Shown: positions 31,648-49,443 of the stretch, piece by piece
Position numbering within the stretch: position 1 is the stretch's first letter
Layout of the letters: each line of letters opens with the position of its first letter
Assembly (NCBI GenBank): GCA_012295275.1
Contig: CM022668.1
Coordinates: 4,588,001 to 4,652,000 of the forward strand
Reading direction: 5' to 3'
Source of the DNA: Chrysomallon squamiferum
Lineage: Eukaryota > Animalia > Mollusca
Length of the DNA stretch: 64,000 nt
Translations under genes and position numbers: made by a program
Notes under the pieces: model-generated
The model's input: the letters and a program-made list of their open reading frames with translations, nothing else
The model's database searches: none
What the model was told of the DNA's origin: nothing

Positions 31648-32030
31648 TTTATTTTATTTTTATTTTTTTGTCTTGTCACTTTCGATGTATTTTCATTACA
31701 ATCACTTGTGGTGAGTTTCTGTCATAATGTTTACTTATAGTCATATCTGGTGAGTTATCTATGACGGTCACTTTCAGTGACCTTCCAGTGATATGTCACT
31801 ATCGATTTTCAAGAGCCATCAGTAACATATCACAGTCACTTTTGATGAGCAATCAGTTATATTTCTTGTTTTATTATTTTGTTTTATTTAAATTCTAGTT
31901 AATTTAAATTAATTTAATTTAATTATTTATTTATTAGTTCGTTATTTATTTATTTTACTTTATTGTTTTATTGCCATTTTTTATTTATTTTTATTTATTT
32001 ATTTATGTTAATTTTTTATAATTTTATTTT

Positions 32031-32069
<39 letters not shown>

Positions 32070-33328
32070 TTTTTTTTTATTTTTTTATTTCTCAGAAAGA
32101 AAGACTGGAAGGGAGGGGCACTGAGACTAAGGAGAGTTTAGAGAGAAGACTGGAATCTGCGAAGGAAGCTCTCGAGTATGGTGAGAATATTTTCTTTACA
32201 ACTGTCTGTCATTTAGTCTCAGATTTCTACTGAATCTTTACTAAACCAGCTTCAGATAGATAGATACATAGATAGATAGATAGACAGACAGACAGTCAGA
32301 CAGACAGAGTGTGTACGCATTTATAAAGGGTTGGAAAGTTTTGGAAATTTGTCGCAGTGTTTTCCAAGACCTTGAAAGTTTTGGAAAATCAGGTTCGGCG
32401 ATTGAAATGTTGTTGAAAATTATGTCCTTGCCGTAAATAAAATTTATGAAAAATTGGTTTGTTTCTCCAGTATTTAGCCTCGAGTCAACGCTCCGTTTTA
32501 GTCAATATAGTGAAGTTCCGTTATAGCCTAGCCGATGAAAATGGTTTTGTTTAACTCAGGCTATCTGCCCTTGTCAGAATTTGCTGCGTTTTGTGTACCT
32601 GTCATTTGAATCACCACTGCACCTACAGAGTAATTGAATAAGAAGAAAGGAAGAAGAGAACGTTTTGTGAAGAAATACTTCTGTATTCATATTTCTGGCA
32701 ATCTGCCTTACATATCGTAACAGTCAATAAAACTGTATTTTAAAATACCAATATAAATTACATTAATTTTGTTATTACTAGTATTCCTATATGCATACCA
32801 TGCAGCTTAGTCAAGGCAAAAGGTTTAACTTTGACAGACATGTCTAAAAACTGAGAAAAAAACAACAACACTTTGTTATCATTCAGTTTCCTTGGAAATG
32901 GTTTTGGAAATTTGGATTTGTGTGCTATGGAAACTTCTGGAAATGTAAGGGAAATTTTGTCAGCACAAGATGTATGAAACCAGGATAGAAAGATAAGTAA
33001 AGAGACAGACAGACAGTCAAAGATAAATAGATATGTTTGTATATGTATCTTTCTGTATATTTATCCACATATTCATCTACCTGTCAATATATATATATTA
33101 ATTTTTCTCTAATATCACAAATTAATAAACTGAAATAGAACTGTATATATAAACTAAGAAACTGATTGGCATTCTTGTTAATTAATTGATGATGTTAACT
33201 GATGTTAATAAATTAATTACAGTTTTGTTTTGTATCTCACAGCATCTCAGCCTGGTGCTTATGATCACATTATTGTAAATGACAAACTTGACATTGCCTA
33301 CAAACAACTGAAAGACATTCTCACTAAG
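29204..33328 (+). CDS. GUK1: Guanylate kinase paralog A; exons 29204-29347, 30001-30042, 30514-30610, 31417-31555, 32096-32180, 33243-33328 (terminal exon uncertain; start codon is GTG)
   Basis: [90 protein letters not shown]. Colinear with human GUK1. Open frame with GT-AG introns. GTG at 29236 where paralogs have ATG. Confidence 0.85.
32305..32983. mobile_element. ~680-bp non-autonomous DNA transposon (hAT-like MITE) in GUK-A intron
   Basis: Imperfect TIRs CAG(A/G)GT..GTACGCATT and ATGTATGAA(A/C)CCAG, with subterminal TTGGAAA/CCTTGAAA repeats. Copy at 55192-55885; only the 3' part remains in unit B (~43730-43985). Confidence 0.5.
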
Positions 33329-36243
33329 GTAATAATAATAATAACAAGAGTAATAATCATAATAGTACACTACTACTACTACCACTACTACTACTACTAA
33401 TAATAATAATAATGACTGGTAATAATTTCAATAATAATAACTATTATCATAATAATAACAATAATAATAATAATAATAATTATAATAATAGTAATAGTAA
33501 TAATAAGTAATAATCATGATAATAACACTAATAATAAAAGGAATAGCAGTAATATTTAGTAGTATTAAATAATGATAATATCAAGAGTAACAGGAATAAA
33601 GAAGAGTAATTATGATAAAAATAAATAAATAAATAGTAATAGTTGCTGTCATTATTTGGAAAATAAAATGAAAACAGTTCATAATGTGTGTTACTAAAAC
33701 ATTATAGAAAGTTGCAGTATAATATTAAATAGAACTGTTTTGACCTGTTTTGTTAAAGATTAAGACCTGTTATATCAGATTTCTTAACCAGAGGAAATGT
33801 TTTCTGTCTTGCATTTGTTTATGTCATTCATAATACATACACAGCCTGGAGACTGCTTAAGAATTAGATATAATGACTAGGTTTGTTTTAACTAATGTGC
33901 CGTTTACAAGTGTCGCCATATTTGGAACAGAAAGTGAATAACAACACTTTCTCGGCACCGGTTTACAGAAATTGCTTTGAAGAAATAGATCAGTAAGTTA
34001 ACTAAATACTGAGACTCTTGGTGCATCTCAGCTTTCATCCATGACACACGACACATATAAGTCATTTACACCTCATTAAAAGTGTAGAGAGGGATATTTA
34101 TAAAATATTAAATCATTTTATAAATTCCTGCGTGTTTCAGTGTATGTCTGTTATTTTTTAATTTCCACCATCTGAAGTGGGTAACATGTCTGCCTGTCGG
34201 TAAACCCATTGCTTGAAACATTCGTTCTAATGAAACTTTTGTGGGAACTAGGTTACTTGATCAGATGATTCAAATCTAGCAAAGTGACTAAATCAGCTGA
34301 AGAGATATCTTTCAAGAAATGGTGGATCTGAATACTAATAGAGTTGCCCTGATTAAATTGATAAGAAAAAGAAAGTATTTTATGTTGACTGAAATGGTAT
34401 TTTATGTTGACTGAAATGAAAACAAATAATAACACTGACATTTTGGATAGAAAATGTTTTTTTCTAATTTAGTTTCGTTGTCTTTGCTATCTAGTTCAAT
34501 TTAATTTTAATTTTTTTTTTCCAAATGTGTATTAGTAATTCGTTAATTCATTGTAAATGTTAACTAATAACTTATTCCATTAATTTTTATTTGATTTATT
34601 TTTAGTACTACATTTTATAATTCACTCTTTTTTCACATTCTCTCACTTTTTTTCTTCTTTTTCATTTTTAAATTTGAAGACCTTCCCAAAAGAGGTAAGT
34701 CGAAGTGGAACAAAATTAACCTTTAAATTTAAATAATTACGAGGTAACTGATATTAACATATTAAAAATGATAATTGAATACATGTTTGCCTGTCTTTTA
34801 ACTCCCCTACACTAAAAAAATGAAGAAGACAAAAAGAAAAAAGAAAAAATGTTAACTGTAATTAATAACATAAAATTAAAACATTTGTGTGACATTTTTC
34901 AGTTCCTATTTTATGCTGTGTTTTATAAATATTTGGTTTAGAATTTTAATCTATTTAGGATATATTTTAAAACAGCAAAGCTTCAAATGTTCAAGTCGAT
35001 AAAAATGAAAATAAACAATAAAAAAAGTTAAAATAAAACAATCATTTCACATTATAAAATAAAATTTGTGATGTATATTTTTTCCTTTTTATGCCTATCA
35101 TTTTGCTCATTGTTTAAACTTTAATCTTTTGTAGTTAAAATGATCAGCACAGGAATACACAGTGCAGTAGATGTTTTCATCGTCTTTCTAATTTTCTTTG
35201 AATTTTCCTTCTTGAACTGCCTGTGCTGTAATTGATTATTCGCCAAGATATTCAAGATTTGAAGTTCAATTCAGTTTGATCATTTTTGAACACTTGGAAT
35301 AAAAAACAAACTTTCAGTCAATCAGCATACAATAAAACGGTTTAATTTTTTTTAAATGTTCTTCTTTATTTATTATTAGTATATTGTTTATAAGCAATTT
35401 CTTCTTTTTTCTTCTTCTTCTTCTTCTTCTTATTATTATTATTATTAGAGGGTTTATTACTGAAAACAAATCTTTATCAGAAATGATTTTGTTTACATGT
35501 ATCTATTTACTTTAAAAAAAAAAACACTAGGAGAAGAATTCCATCATGACAAGAATTTATTTTATTTACATTAACACAAACCACAGATTATGAATTTACA
35601 AAACATTATAATTTCCAGCTTTCTGATCCTAAGCAACAAGTTTTTAAAACAGGTTAATTTTACAGGTTAGTTATTTTTTAGTCTTATTTTTAAAATGTCT
35701 TCGGTTTTATTTTGTTTTTATTGGTATTTTAGTCATAACAGAAGATATAACAAATAATCAGTGGTGTAGTTTGGGATATGATATATAGTGTTTGTGTCTG
35801 GAAAATGCATTTTGGTTAAATTATACATTGTGAAATACATTCTCTGCATTCTATGTGTGTGTAACACTGCAAGATACTCAGACTTAAAACAAAAAGGAGG
35901 AAACTAAAGGAAGAAAAAGATAAAAGAATAAGATGGTTTTCAGAGAATACACAGAATTGTTGTATTTCATTATGTATAAAATTATTTATCATTGTTTTTG
36001 TGATGTATTGTGTATTTAATACTAATATATATTTGGTATAAAAATTTTGTTGTCATATTTTGTTTGTTATTAATTTACACTGTATAATGAACTCATGTAT
36101 GTATGAGCCAAGATCTAGTGTGCAACATGTTGAAAACTATTTTTGTTTAATAATATCTTTTATCATAACCTTTTCTTCAAAGATTTAAAAAACTAAATCA
36201 TTATTTTATTGATCTGCATACGTGCATGCAACAACCCAATAAA

Positions 36244-36274
<31 letters not shown>

Positions 36275-36642
36275 GTGACACACACACACACACACACACA
36301 CAGATAGATTGATAAAGCAGCAAAGGAAATCTTCTCTTGTTTTGTTTCACCTTCGAATTTAAATTTCATTTTCATATCTTTGTATTTTAATATTTTAATG
36401 TATACATATCTTAAATTAAATTTACAATTTACAGAATTATATTTAAGTTGAATTTACTTTTTCATATCTTTATATTGTTAGCTTAAATTTATTTCTTACA
36501 CAATTACATTCTAATTAAAAAAAACTTTCAGACACATCTTAATTTAAATTTTCATTTTACATATTGAACTTTAATTTAAGTTTATTTTCTCCATGTTCAT
36601 TCTATTTTAAATTTCTACAGACACATATTAATTTAAATTTAC

Positions 36643-36795
36643 TTTCTGCATGTTCATTCCATGCTTGTACAAGCGGTCAAGATCAATTTCCAACACTTTG
36701 ATAAACTTCTGGATGGATGGTTCAAGTCTTCGAATTGGATACTTGTGAACAGCATCACTGGATCGTTCCATCTCAGGTCTGTCAAAGGAGGCCAT
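36643..36795 (-). pseudogene. STX17: Duplicated STX17 coding exon 1, fully intact (possible alternative first exon)
   Basis: 153 nt, MASFDRPEMERSSDAVHKYPIRRLEPSIQKFIKVLEIDLDRLYKHGMNMQK|gtaaat; acceptor and promoter copy retained. Confidence 0.8.
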
Positions 36796-36899
36796 TGTTT
36801 ACCTCTCTGAAAAAGTAAATTTCGAAAATGAACATATGAATACGAATTACATAGGGCTGGTTTAGATCTGTGTATGTACTGATTATTAAGTTGCAATGG

Positions 36900-36955
<56 letters not shown>

Positions 36956-38124
36956 GTTACTTTCTACTATCAAAGTTACGTTACAAGAAAAATTGATATA
37001 TGAATTTGTTTTTCACTAAAAGCTTAAGAAAATTAACTCACAGTCAATATTTTCAATAAAGATCAGTTGACGTGCTTCATACAAATTATTTTGTTAATAT
37101 CAAACGGAATTAACTAAAAAATAAAAAAATTAAATAAAATAAAATAAAAATTGTATCTTCATCTTATGAACGTAAAGTCGTCAAATTAATGTGCAAGTTG
37201 AACCACGGACATCGAAATCTAAACATTTTTAACACTTTACAAATCATTTGATTTCAAGACGACCAAAACTTATAAATGTACGCAATAACGTATAATTTCA
37301 GGATCAGATTTTTCGAATTTAGTGGAAATTTACGAGTTTGGTAATCGTAAAAAGATTGACTTGAAGCAGAATCGAAAGTAATTAAATACTTCCGTAGCCA
37401 TGATTATTTCTTTGATTTATTCTCCTCTCTACAATTCAGCGCACCAACATTTTGTTGCTTTATCTGAAATTAAAATTTAGTATTTTCATTTTACTTAAAA
37501 TGGAGTATATTCTATTTTTTTTTTTGCATAGAAAAAGAAAGAATGAAGTGTACTGTTATTAGTGAAATTAATTTTTTTCATTGAACGTGAAAATAAATAC
37601 AATTTATTAATATCATTATCACCATTACACTTCTTTGTTATAATTTCGTTTTGTTTCTTTTATTTCTTTAAATCTGACAATTTTTTTATCAAAATTGTTA
37701 TGTGATTGCAATCAAGAACTATTACAGTTTACGATAACTCCCAAAATAATGTTTACAGCAAGACATTTCCGATGTTATTCCTGCCTTTCAGTACATGTTT
37801 CCGCGTAGTGTTAGGTTTCGTCTCGGTGACTATTTCAAATTATTTAAATTATACTTTCTTTTAGTTGTTTTATCTCCACAGCTTTGCGCTGAGAAAGCAA
37901 AATCAAGTAGACTTTCTTCAGAAATCTAGACTCGGTTGGTGACGTAACACAAATGTCGGAGAATGCCTGGATGTTGATCGTACAGTTAAGTGGCCCAAAC
38001 TCTAGAGTATCTGTCCTGACCACTGCCAAACTATACTCAGATGCAGAAAACACTGATTATACATATATAAAGTATATACATGTTGTCTTATACTTTCACA
38101 ATAATAATTATGAATCAGTGATTC

Positions 38125-38160
<36 letters not shown>

Positions 38161-38181
38161 AGATGTCTAGAAATTCAGGTC

Positions 38182-38231
<50 letters not shown>

Positions 38232-39412
38232 CTGATTTATTGATTTATTTATTTTATATTTTTAATAACATAAATCATACAACTGTTTGTAAAACACAAT
38301 AATGAAAATTTCTTCTTAAAATTAAATAGACGGTTTCTTGTTTTTTACATTTTTAAAATTTTTTTATATTTTAATATTTAGATCTGGTCAAGTGGTTATT
38401 AATACCTTAAAGTTGGCTCGTTCCGTCTAAAGGGTAGCAGACTATAATAGCGTCACGTGACAAGGTGTTAATCATCTTAAACTAATAAATAACTATTATG
38501 TATCCACTAGAGAACAATATGGCAAACAAGAATTGAATATGGATAATTGTTTTATATTTTACAAAAATTAACCATCAATGGTAACATATAATTTAACGTA
38601 CGATTCGATCGATACAAGACAAAGGCAAATAGAATTGATAGATAATACTATTCTAATTTAGCCCAGTTGGTTACTTTAACTTTCTAACTAATATTTTTGT
38701 TATTAAAATAAGTTACCTTAGTTTGTTACTTAGTTTTCAGGCGTAAGTCAGGACCACAGAATAACACAATAAAATATCCAACAGAAATATATCTTCTATC
38801 AGTCAACATGTATGTTGCATAAAAATATATATAATTACCTGAGTTGTCTTGAGTACACATCCCTCAGACAACGTGTCGCTAGATGGCGCACCGATCAAAA
38901 TATCTCGTTTAAAACGCGTGCAGGTTATTTCTTGAGCTCGCGCGGACGTTTACGAAACACCTCTGCTACAGCCTCTCTGAATTTACTTAGATGCCAATTC
39001 GACTTTTTCACTCCTTGTGTCTCTTAGTTTATAAAATAACGGAACTTTCCCTAATTATATAATACAGCTTGTAAACAGCCCATGAACGTCTGCATACTCT
39101 CTGCTGTTTAGTTTTTGTGTAATTACCCCCGTTTTCTGACGTTAATAAGCTAAACATTGAAGAACAGTAAAAATATGAATTTATAAATATAATTATACGC
39201 TATAGCTTAATAAATATTACTGCAATATAATACTATACTTTATTTAAAATGTAGCAGACATTTTGCTTTAAATGGGCATTTTTAATATGTCCAGTGCAAT
39301 AGTTTAAAATAATAAATAGAAGAGGAGATTGCTGCTTTCTCTTTTATTATATATCATTTGATCCAAGGAAATACTTGAAGTGAGAAGAAAAATAAACACT
39401 GTAATCTTAAAA

Positions 39413-39815
39413 TTAACCTTCCATTTGCCCTTTTGGCTACGCCCCTTTCCAGATATATCGGCCAAATATACATAACATTTTACACTCACATAGAGATGTG
39501 CAAACAAACTTGCACCAGACACTCACACATACATACATACATAAATACATACATACATACATACATACATACATACATACATACATACATGCATGCATGC
39601 ATTCATGAAAAACACAGACACACGTACACAAATGTAGATACGTATGAGAGTGTGTGGTGCAGGTTTGTTTGCATATCTGTGTATGTGGGTGTAATATCTT
39701 TATAAACCTAGATACATGCAAACACATACACAGACATACAGGTCACCTGTCAGGTACAATATAGTATATAGTAAAATTATTGTGAAAACCGAGGTTTCAG
39801 CTGGTAAAGGGTTAA
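39413..39815. mobile_element. possible piggyBac-like MITE
   Basis: TTAA-CCTT... and ...AAAGGG-TTAA ends; copy at 51474-51814. TIRs are imperfect. Confidence 0.3.
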
Positions 39816-41052
39816 TCTAATTTAGCTCAGTCATACAGTCAAACAGTGAGACTGCTGTTTTCTTGTTAAGCTTTAAATTAATACCCCATATCAAAATAAT
39901 TTGAAAATCCAGTTCCCCTATCTAAACAGAGGGCTGTTAATTTGATATTGTGTTTCCATGGTAACAGACAGCTTTCGTTATAAAATCTACTTGTTAAGAG
40001 AAATGTATAGGTATTTGTGGTCCAAACAGCACTATCGTATTGAGTTTTATCGGAAAAGAAAAACAATACTTTAAATTTTTACTGTTTCTATCTTTGTTTC
40101 TGTGAATTTCTGTTGTATTTATTTTGGTTTTGTTTATTTATATTGTGTTTATTTTTGCAGTGTTTTAATTTTTATTGTATTACTTTATGTTTTATTTCTA
40201 TTTTTCTATTTTAATTGTATTGTATTTATCGTTGTCATTTTCCTCTTTTTTTTTGTTTGTGTGTATTAATTTGTGTGGTTCTTATTCTTATGTTGTCTCA
40301 TTTTTCATTGTATCTATCATTGTTTTGTTTATTACTTTATATATATATATTATAGGTAAATGTATGTATACGTGTATGTAAAATATAAATATATATGTTT
40401 GATCAAAGTGGTTCTTTTTCTTTTCTTCGATTATTACTTTTGTAACAAAGATCACTAACGTACAGGTATACAGTATGATTTGATATTACACTACATAAAT
40501 CATGAACGACTTCACGATAGTGTTTGGCTTTGTATGCCACTTAAACTTGACAAAGAAAAAAGAATTCTGTATGTGCACTATATATATATATATTAAGAAA
40601 ACAACCATATAAATATTTAATGCAACATGTGTTAGTTCTCAAATGTTCATAGATTTTTAACAGAATTTTAAATTCCTCTTGTTCAAACACGTTCATACCT
40701 GCTGGTTTTTTAAAAAGTATTATTAATATTTTTGACATTTCTGTATTCAAACACGATGATTCACAGAGGGCTGTCAGTTTGATATTTGGTTTCCATTGCG
40801 TGGTACGTATTTTTATGTTGTCTTAGTTTTCACTGTATTTATCTTTGTTTTGTTTATTACTTTATGCATTTATATATATACACCCAGACACACACATATG
40901 TATATACATATATTGTCAAAAATCTTTAACTCAGAAAAACATTCTCTGATAGCTTATATATATATAAAGAAAACAACCATAGAAATATTTAGTGTTGCAG
41001 CATATGTTAGTGTCTTCCAGTGTCTTGTACGAGTTGTTTGTATCAGGGAGCC

Positions 41053-44390
<3,338 letters not shown>

Positions 44391-46476
44391 GTAATAATAA
44401 TGATAATAATAACAATAGTAATAATAATACTACTACTACTACTACTACTACTACTACCACTACCACTACTGTTGCTATTGCTACTTTTACAACTACTGTT
44501 ACTACCATTAATACTATTACTACTACTACTAATAATAATGTCTGTCAATAATTTCAATATTAACAACAATAATAATAATAATAATTATAATAATTATAAT
44601 AATCATAATAATTATAATAGTAATAATAAGTAATAATCATGATAATAACATTAATACTACTACTACTAATAAAAGAAATAGTAGTAATATTTAGTAGTAT
44701 TAGATAATGATAATTTAATGAATAACAGCAATAAACAATAGTAATTATAATAAAAATAAATAAATTGTAACAGTTGCTGCCATTATTTGGATAATAAAAT
44801 GAAATAAGTTCGTAATGTGTGTTACTAGATCACTAAAGAACTGTTTTGACCTGTTGTGTTAAAGATTAAGAACTGTTTTATCAAATTTCTTAACCAGAAA
44901 TTATTATTAACTCCCATGGAATCTCAGCAGATTTTACACCCTTGTTTATTTTTGGTCTTCACTTTGTTGGAGTAACTCTATTGCTTTTTTTTTTTTTTTT
45001 TTTTTTTTTGGTTTTAATTTCCACCATCTGAGTAGGTAAAATGTCTGCCTATGGGTAAACTGAGCAGTTAACAATCATGCAAATTTCCTCATAAAAAGTG
45101 CTTGAAACATTCATTTTAATGAAACTTTCTGTGGGAACTATGTTACTTGATCAAATGATTCAAGTCTAGCAATGTGACTAAATCAGCTGAAGAAATATTT
45201 TTCTAAGAAATGGTGAATCTGAATACTCATGAAGTTTCCCTGATTGACTTGATAAGAAAAAGAAAAAAGTATTTTATGTTGACTGAAATAAACAGAAACA
45301 ATAACACAAAATTCTGTTTAGAAATAAATATTATATTCATTTAAATATTTAACATAAATGATGGTATCTGAAATAATAGACACATTAATAATAAAACCAA
45401 ATAATCATTGAAAAGAATAAACAAATTAAAAAGAAAAATTTGAAATATAACAATTAAACAAATAAGAAATTAATGATAAGAAAAGGAGTATCGTGAAATC
45501 TTTTTGAATTATAAAAGCAGATGTTTAAGATGAGAAATATTTCTGTTTTTAGTCAGTCTACATTTGTGTTATTTTATTTTGCTGTTGTTGTTTTTTTGAC
45601 TGTACATTTCTTTATTAGTCTTAACAATATTTTATGTATAATTTTTTTTTTATTTATCTGTTATTAGTAGCAGCATTTTTTGTTGTTGTTGTTACTTTCT
45701 TTTTATCTTTTTTTTTTTTAATATAATTTTTATTTTTTATTTTTGCGTATCTTAACAGATTTATTGATGGATTCCTTAGTGTGCTTCAATTATTTTATAT
45801 ATGTATATATCTGACATTTTGCATGAATATATATATTTTTTTTTTTTTGTTGTTGTTGTCTTTGCTGTCTAGTTAATGTTATTTTGAAGGCAGCATACAA
45901 TTGATTAATTCATAAAAAGGTTTTTAAGCAACATTTTTCATCATAATTCACATGCCAGCAAGAATTAATTTTTTTTTGTATTATTATTATTAATATAATA
46001 CTATCAAGTCTTATAAGTGCAAATACTAATAATAATAAACCTGCCATATTTGTCTTTAAATGGAGGCAGGAGTAACTGGGTGGAAATGTTTACTCAAACA
46101 GAATATTTTTGAAATTTGTTCCTTATTAAAAAAAATTCTTTCAGTATTTTATGTTTCTATTCCAAATGTGTATTAGTGATTCGTTAATTCATTGTAATTT
46201 TTAACTAATGACTTATTCCAATAATTTATATTTTATTGATTTGTTTTCAGTAGTATAGTTTATAATCCTTTTTTTTTCTCACTCTCTCTCACTTTTTTAA
46301 AATCTTTTATTTCTTTTTTTCATTTTTAAATTTGAAGACCTTCCCAAGTGAGGTAAGTCAGAGTGGTACAAAATTAACCTTTAAATCAAAACAAATACGA
46401 GGTAACAGATATTAAAAATGATAATTGAATAAATTAATATTAATGGCATTTATTTTTCTTTTCAATCCCCTACAAA

Positions 46477-46521
<45 letters not shown>

Positions 46522-47154
46522 GAAAAGTTAACTGTAATTTATAATATAAAATTAAAATATTTATGTGACATTTTTCAATTCTTATTTTATGCTGTGTTTT
46601 ATAAATATTTGGTTTAGAATTTTAATCTATTTAGGATATATTTAAAACCAGCAAAGCTTCAAATATTCAAGTCGATAAAAATGAAAATAAACAATAAACA
46701 AAGTTAGAAAAGAAAACAAAACATTTCACATTTTAAAATAAAATTTGTTATGTATTTTTTTTTTTTCATGCCTTTCATTTTGCTCATTGTTTAAACTTTA
46801 ATCTTTTGTAGTTACAATGATCAGTACAGGAATACACAGTGCAGTAGATGTTTTCATCGTCTTTCTAATCTTCTTTGAATTTTCCTTCATGAACTGCCTG
46901 TGCTGTAATTGATTATTCGCCAAGATATTCAAGATTTGAAGTTCAATTCAGTTTGATCATTTTTGAACACTTGGGATAAAAAAAAAAAAAAAAAAAAAAA
47001 AACTTTAATGATAATTCACCAATCTTAATATGAATTTTTAATGGGGTTTTTTCTGTGACAAACTTTAAGTCAATCAGCATACTGTAAAACGTTTTAATTT
47101 TTTTTAAATGTTCTTTATTTATTATTGGTATATTGTTTATAAGCAATTTTATTG

Positions 47155-47195
<41 letters not shown>

Positions 47196-48280
47196 AGGGT
47201 TTATTTCTGAAAAAAAATCTTTATCAGTAATGTTTTTGTTTACCTGTATCTGTTCAGTTTTATCAAACAATATAAGAGAAGAATTCCATCATAACAAGAA
47301 CTTTATTTTATTCACATTAACACAAACCACAGTTTATAACATTTACAAAACATTCTAATCTCCAGCTTTCTGATAATAAAACAAGTTTTTAAAACAGGTT
47401 AGTTATATTTTTTAGTCTTATTTTTAAAATATCTGTATTTTATTTTTACTGGTATTTCAATCATCAGAATTAGAAGATATAATGAATAATCTGTGTTGTA
47501 GGTTGGAGTATGTTTGGGGTAATAGATTTTCTTTAAATTATACATTGTGAAATACATTCTCTGCATTCTAAGTATGTGTAACACAGCATAGCTACTCGCG
47601 CCTAAAGTGCAATGGAGGAAAATAAAGGAAGAAAAAAAGATAAAGGAATAAGACATTTTAAGAGAGTATACAGCTCTGTTGTATTTTATCGTGTATCAAA
47701 TTATTTATTATCATTTTTAGTGATGTTTAATCTAATTAATATTAAAATATTTGGTATTAAAATTTTGTTTTCATATTTTGTTATTAATTTACACTGTATA
47801 ATGAACTACTGTATGTATAAGCCAAGATCTAGTGTGCAATATGTTGAAAACTATTTTTGTTTTAATAATATCTTTTATCATAATTTTTTCTTCCAAGATT
47901 TAAAAAACTAAGTCATTATTTTACTCACATGCATTCATGCATCCAGCCCCTACACACAGAGACACACACACATACACACACCCACACACACACACACACT
48001 CTTTCTCTCTCTCTCTCAAGACAAAAACTGACAGATGATAGAGGTATGGACTATTTCGTTGGTATACAAGATATAAAACATAGTATGGACTGAGAGATTA
48101 CAGATGGGTGAACTATTTTACTGGTTGTAAGATATAAAAATACTCTATTAAATAACTGATGTATAGATGGATGAATTGACTGTTTTGTTGATCTATAAGA
48201 CGTAATGTATTATTAACTGACAGATTATTGATGGATGGATGGACTATTTTGCTAACTGAAAATTTCAAATATTTCTCAAC

Positions 48281-48344
48281 CTGATGAGTGTACGTATATT
48301 TTGACAATTGAGTTGGGTGAAGAGCTCCGCGCAGTGCCACCAAG

Positions 48345-48346
<2 letters not shown>
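48281..48346 (-). pseudogene. TSFM: internally deleted TSFM exon remnant
   Basis: Matches the 3' part of exon 60147-60318 ([13 protein letters not shown]|gttgag), and its downstream intron matches 59880-60146. Confidence 0.65.
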
Positions 48347-48387
<41 letters not shown>

Positions 48388-48920
48388 GACACACACACAG
48401 TGACACACAGACACACACACAGTGACACTTACACACAGTGACACACAGACACACACACACAGTGACACACAGACACACACAGTGACACTTACACACAGTG
48501 ACACACAGACACACACACAGTGACACTTACACACAGTGCCACCAAGTCACACACACACACACACAGTGACACATACACACAGTGACACACACACAGTGAC
48601 ACACACAGTGACACACACACACACTGACACACAGTGACACACAGACACACAGTGACACACACACACAGTGACACACACAGAGTGACACACACAGTGACAC
48701 AGACACACATAGTGACACACACAGTGACACAGACACACACAATGACACAGACACACACAGTCACACACAGTGACACATACACACACAGTGACACATACAC
48801 ACACACAGTGACACACAGACACACACACAGTGACACACACACACTGTGACACATACACACAGTGACACACAGACACACAAACACAGTGACACATACACAC
48901 AGTGACACACAGACACACAG
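48345..48920. repeat. (CA)n-derived minisatellite with recurring CAGTGACACACA
   Basis: Dozens of CAGTGACAC(A/AGA)CAC units; source of the spurious Cys/Val ORFs. Confidence 0.9.
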
Positions 48921-49177
48921 GTAGATTGATAAAGCAGCAAAGGAAATCTTCTCGTTTTGTTTCACCTTCTAATTTAAATTTCATTTTTATATCTTTGTAT
49001 TTTAATATTTTAATGCATACTTATCTTAAATTATCTTTACAATTTACAGAATTATATTTAAGTTGAATTTACTTTTCATATCTTTATATTGTTAGCTTAA
49101 ATTTATGTCTTATACAATTACATTCTAATTTTAAAAATTTTCAGACACATCTTAATTTAAATTTTCATTTTCCATAT

Positions 49178-49255
49178 TGGTTCAAGTCTTCGAATTAGAT
49201 ATTTGTGAACAGCATCACTGGATCGTTCCATCTCAGGTCTGTCAAAGGAGGCCAT
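49178..49255 (-). pseudogene. STX17: truncated STX17 exon-1 copy
   Basis: MASFDRPEMERSSDAVHKYLIRRLEP, then a deletion removes the rest of the exon and the donor. Confidence 0.8.
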
Positions 49256-49359
49256 TGTTTACCTCTCTGAAAAAGTAAATTTGGAAAATGAACATATGAA
49301 TACGAATTGTATCCTCCTGGTTTAGATCTGTGTATGTACTGATTATTAAGTTGCAATGG

Positions 49360-49443
<84 letters not shown>

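Noticed and set aside
37953-38243. Unit-B-specific 96-aa ORF
   Set aside because: No recognisable homology; it runs into TTA/TA microsatellites.
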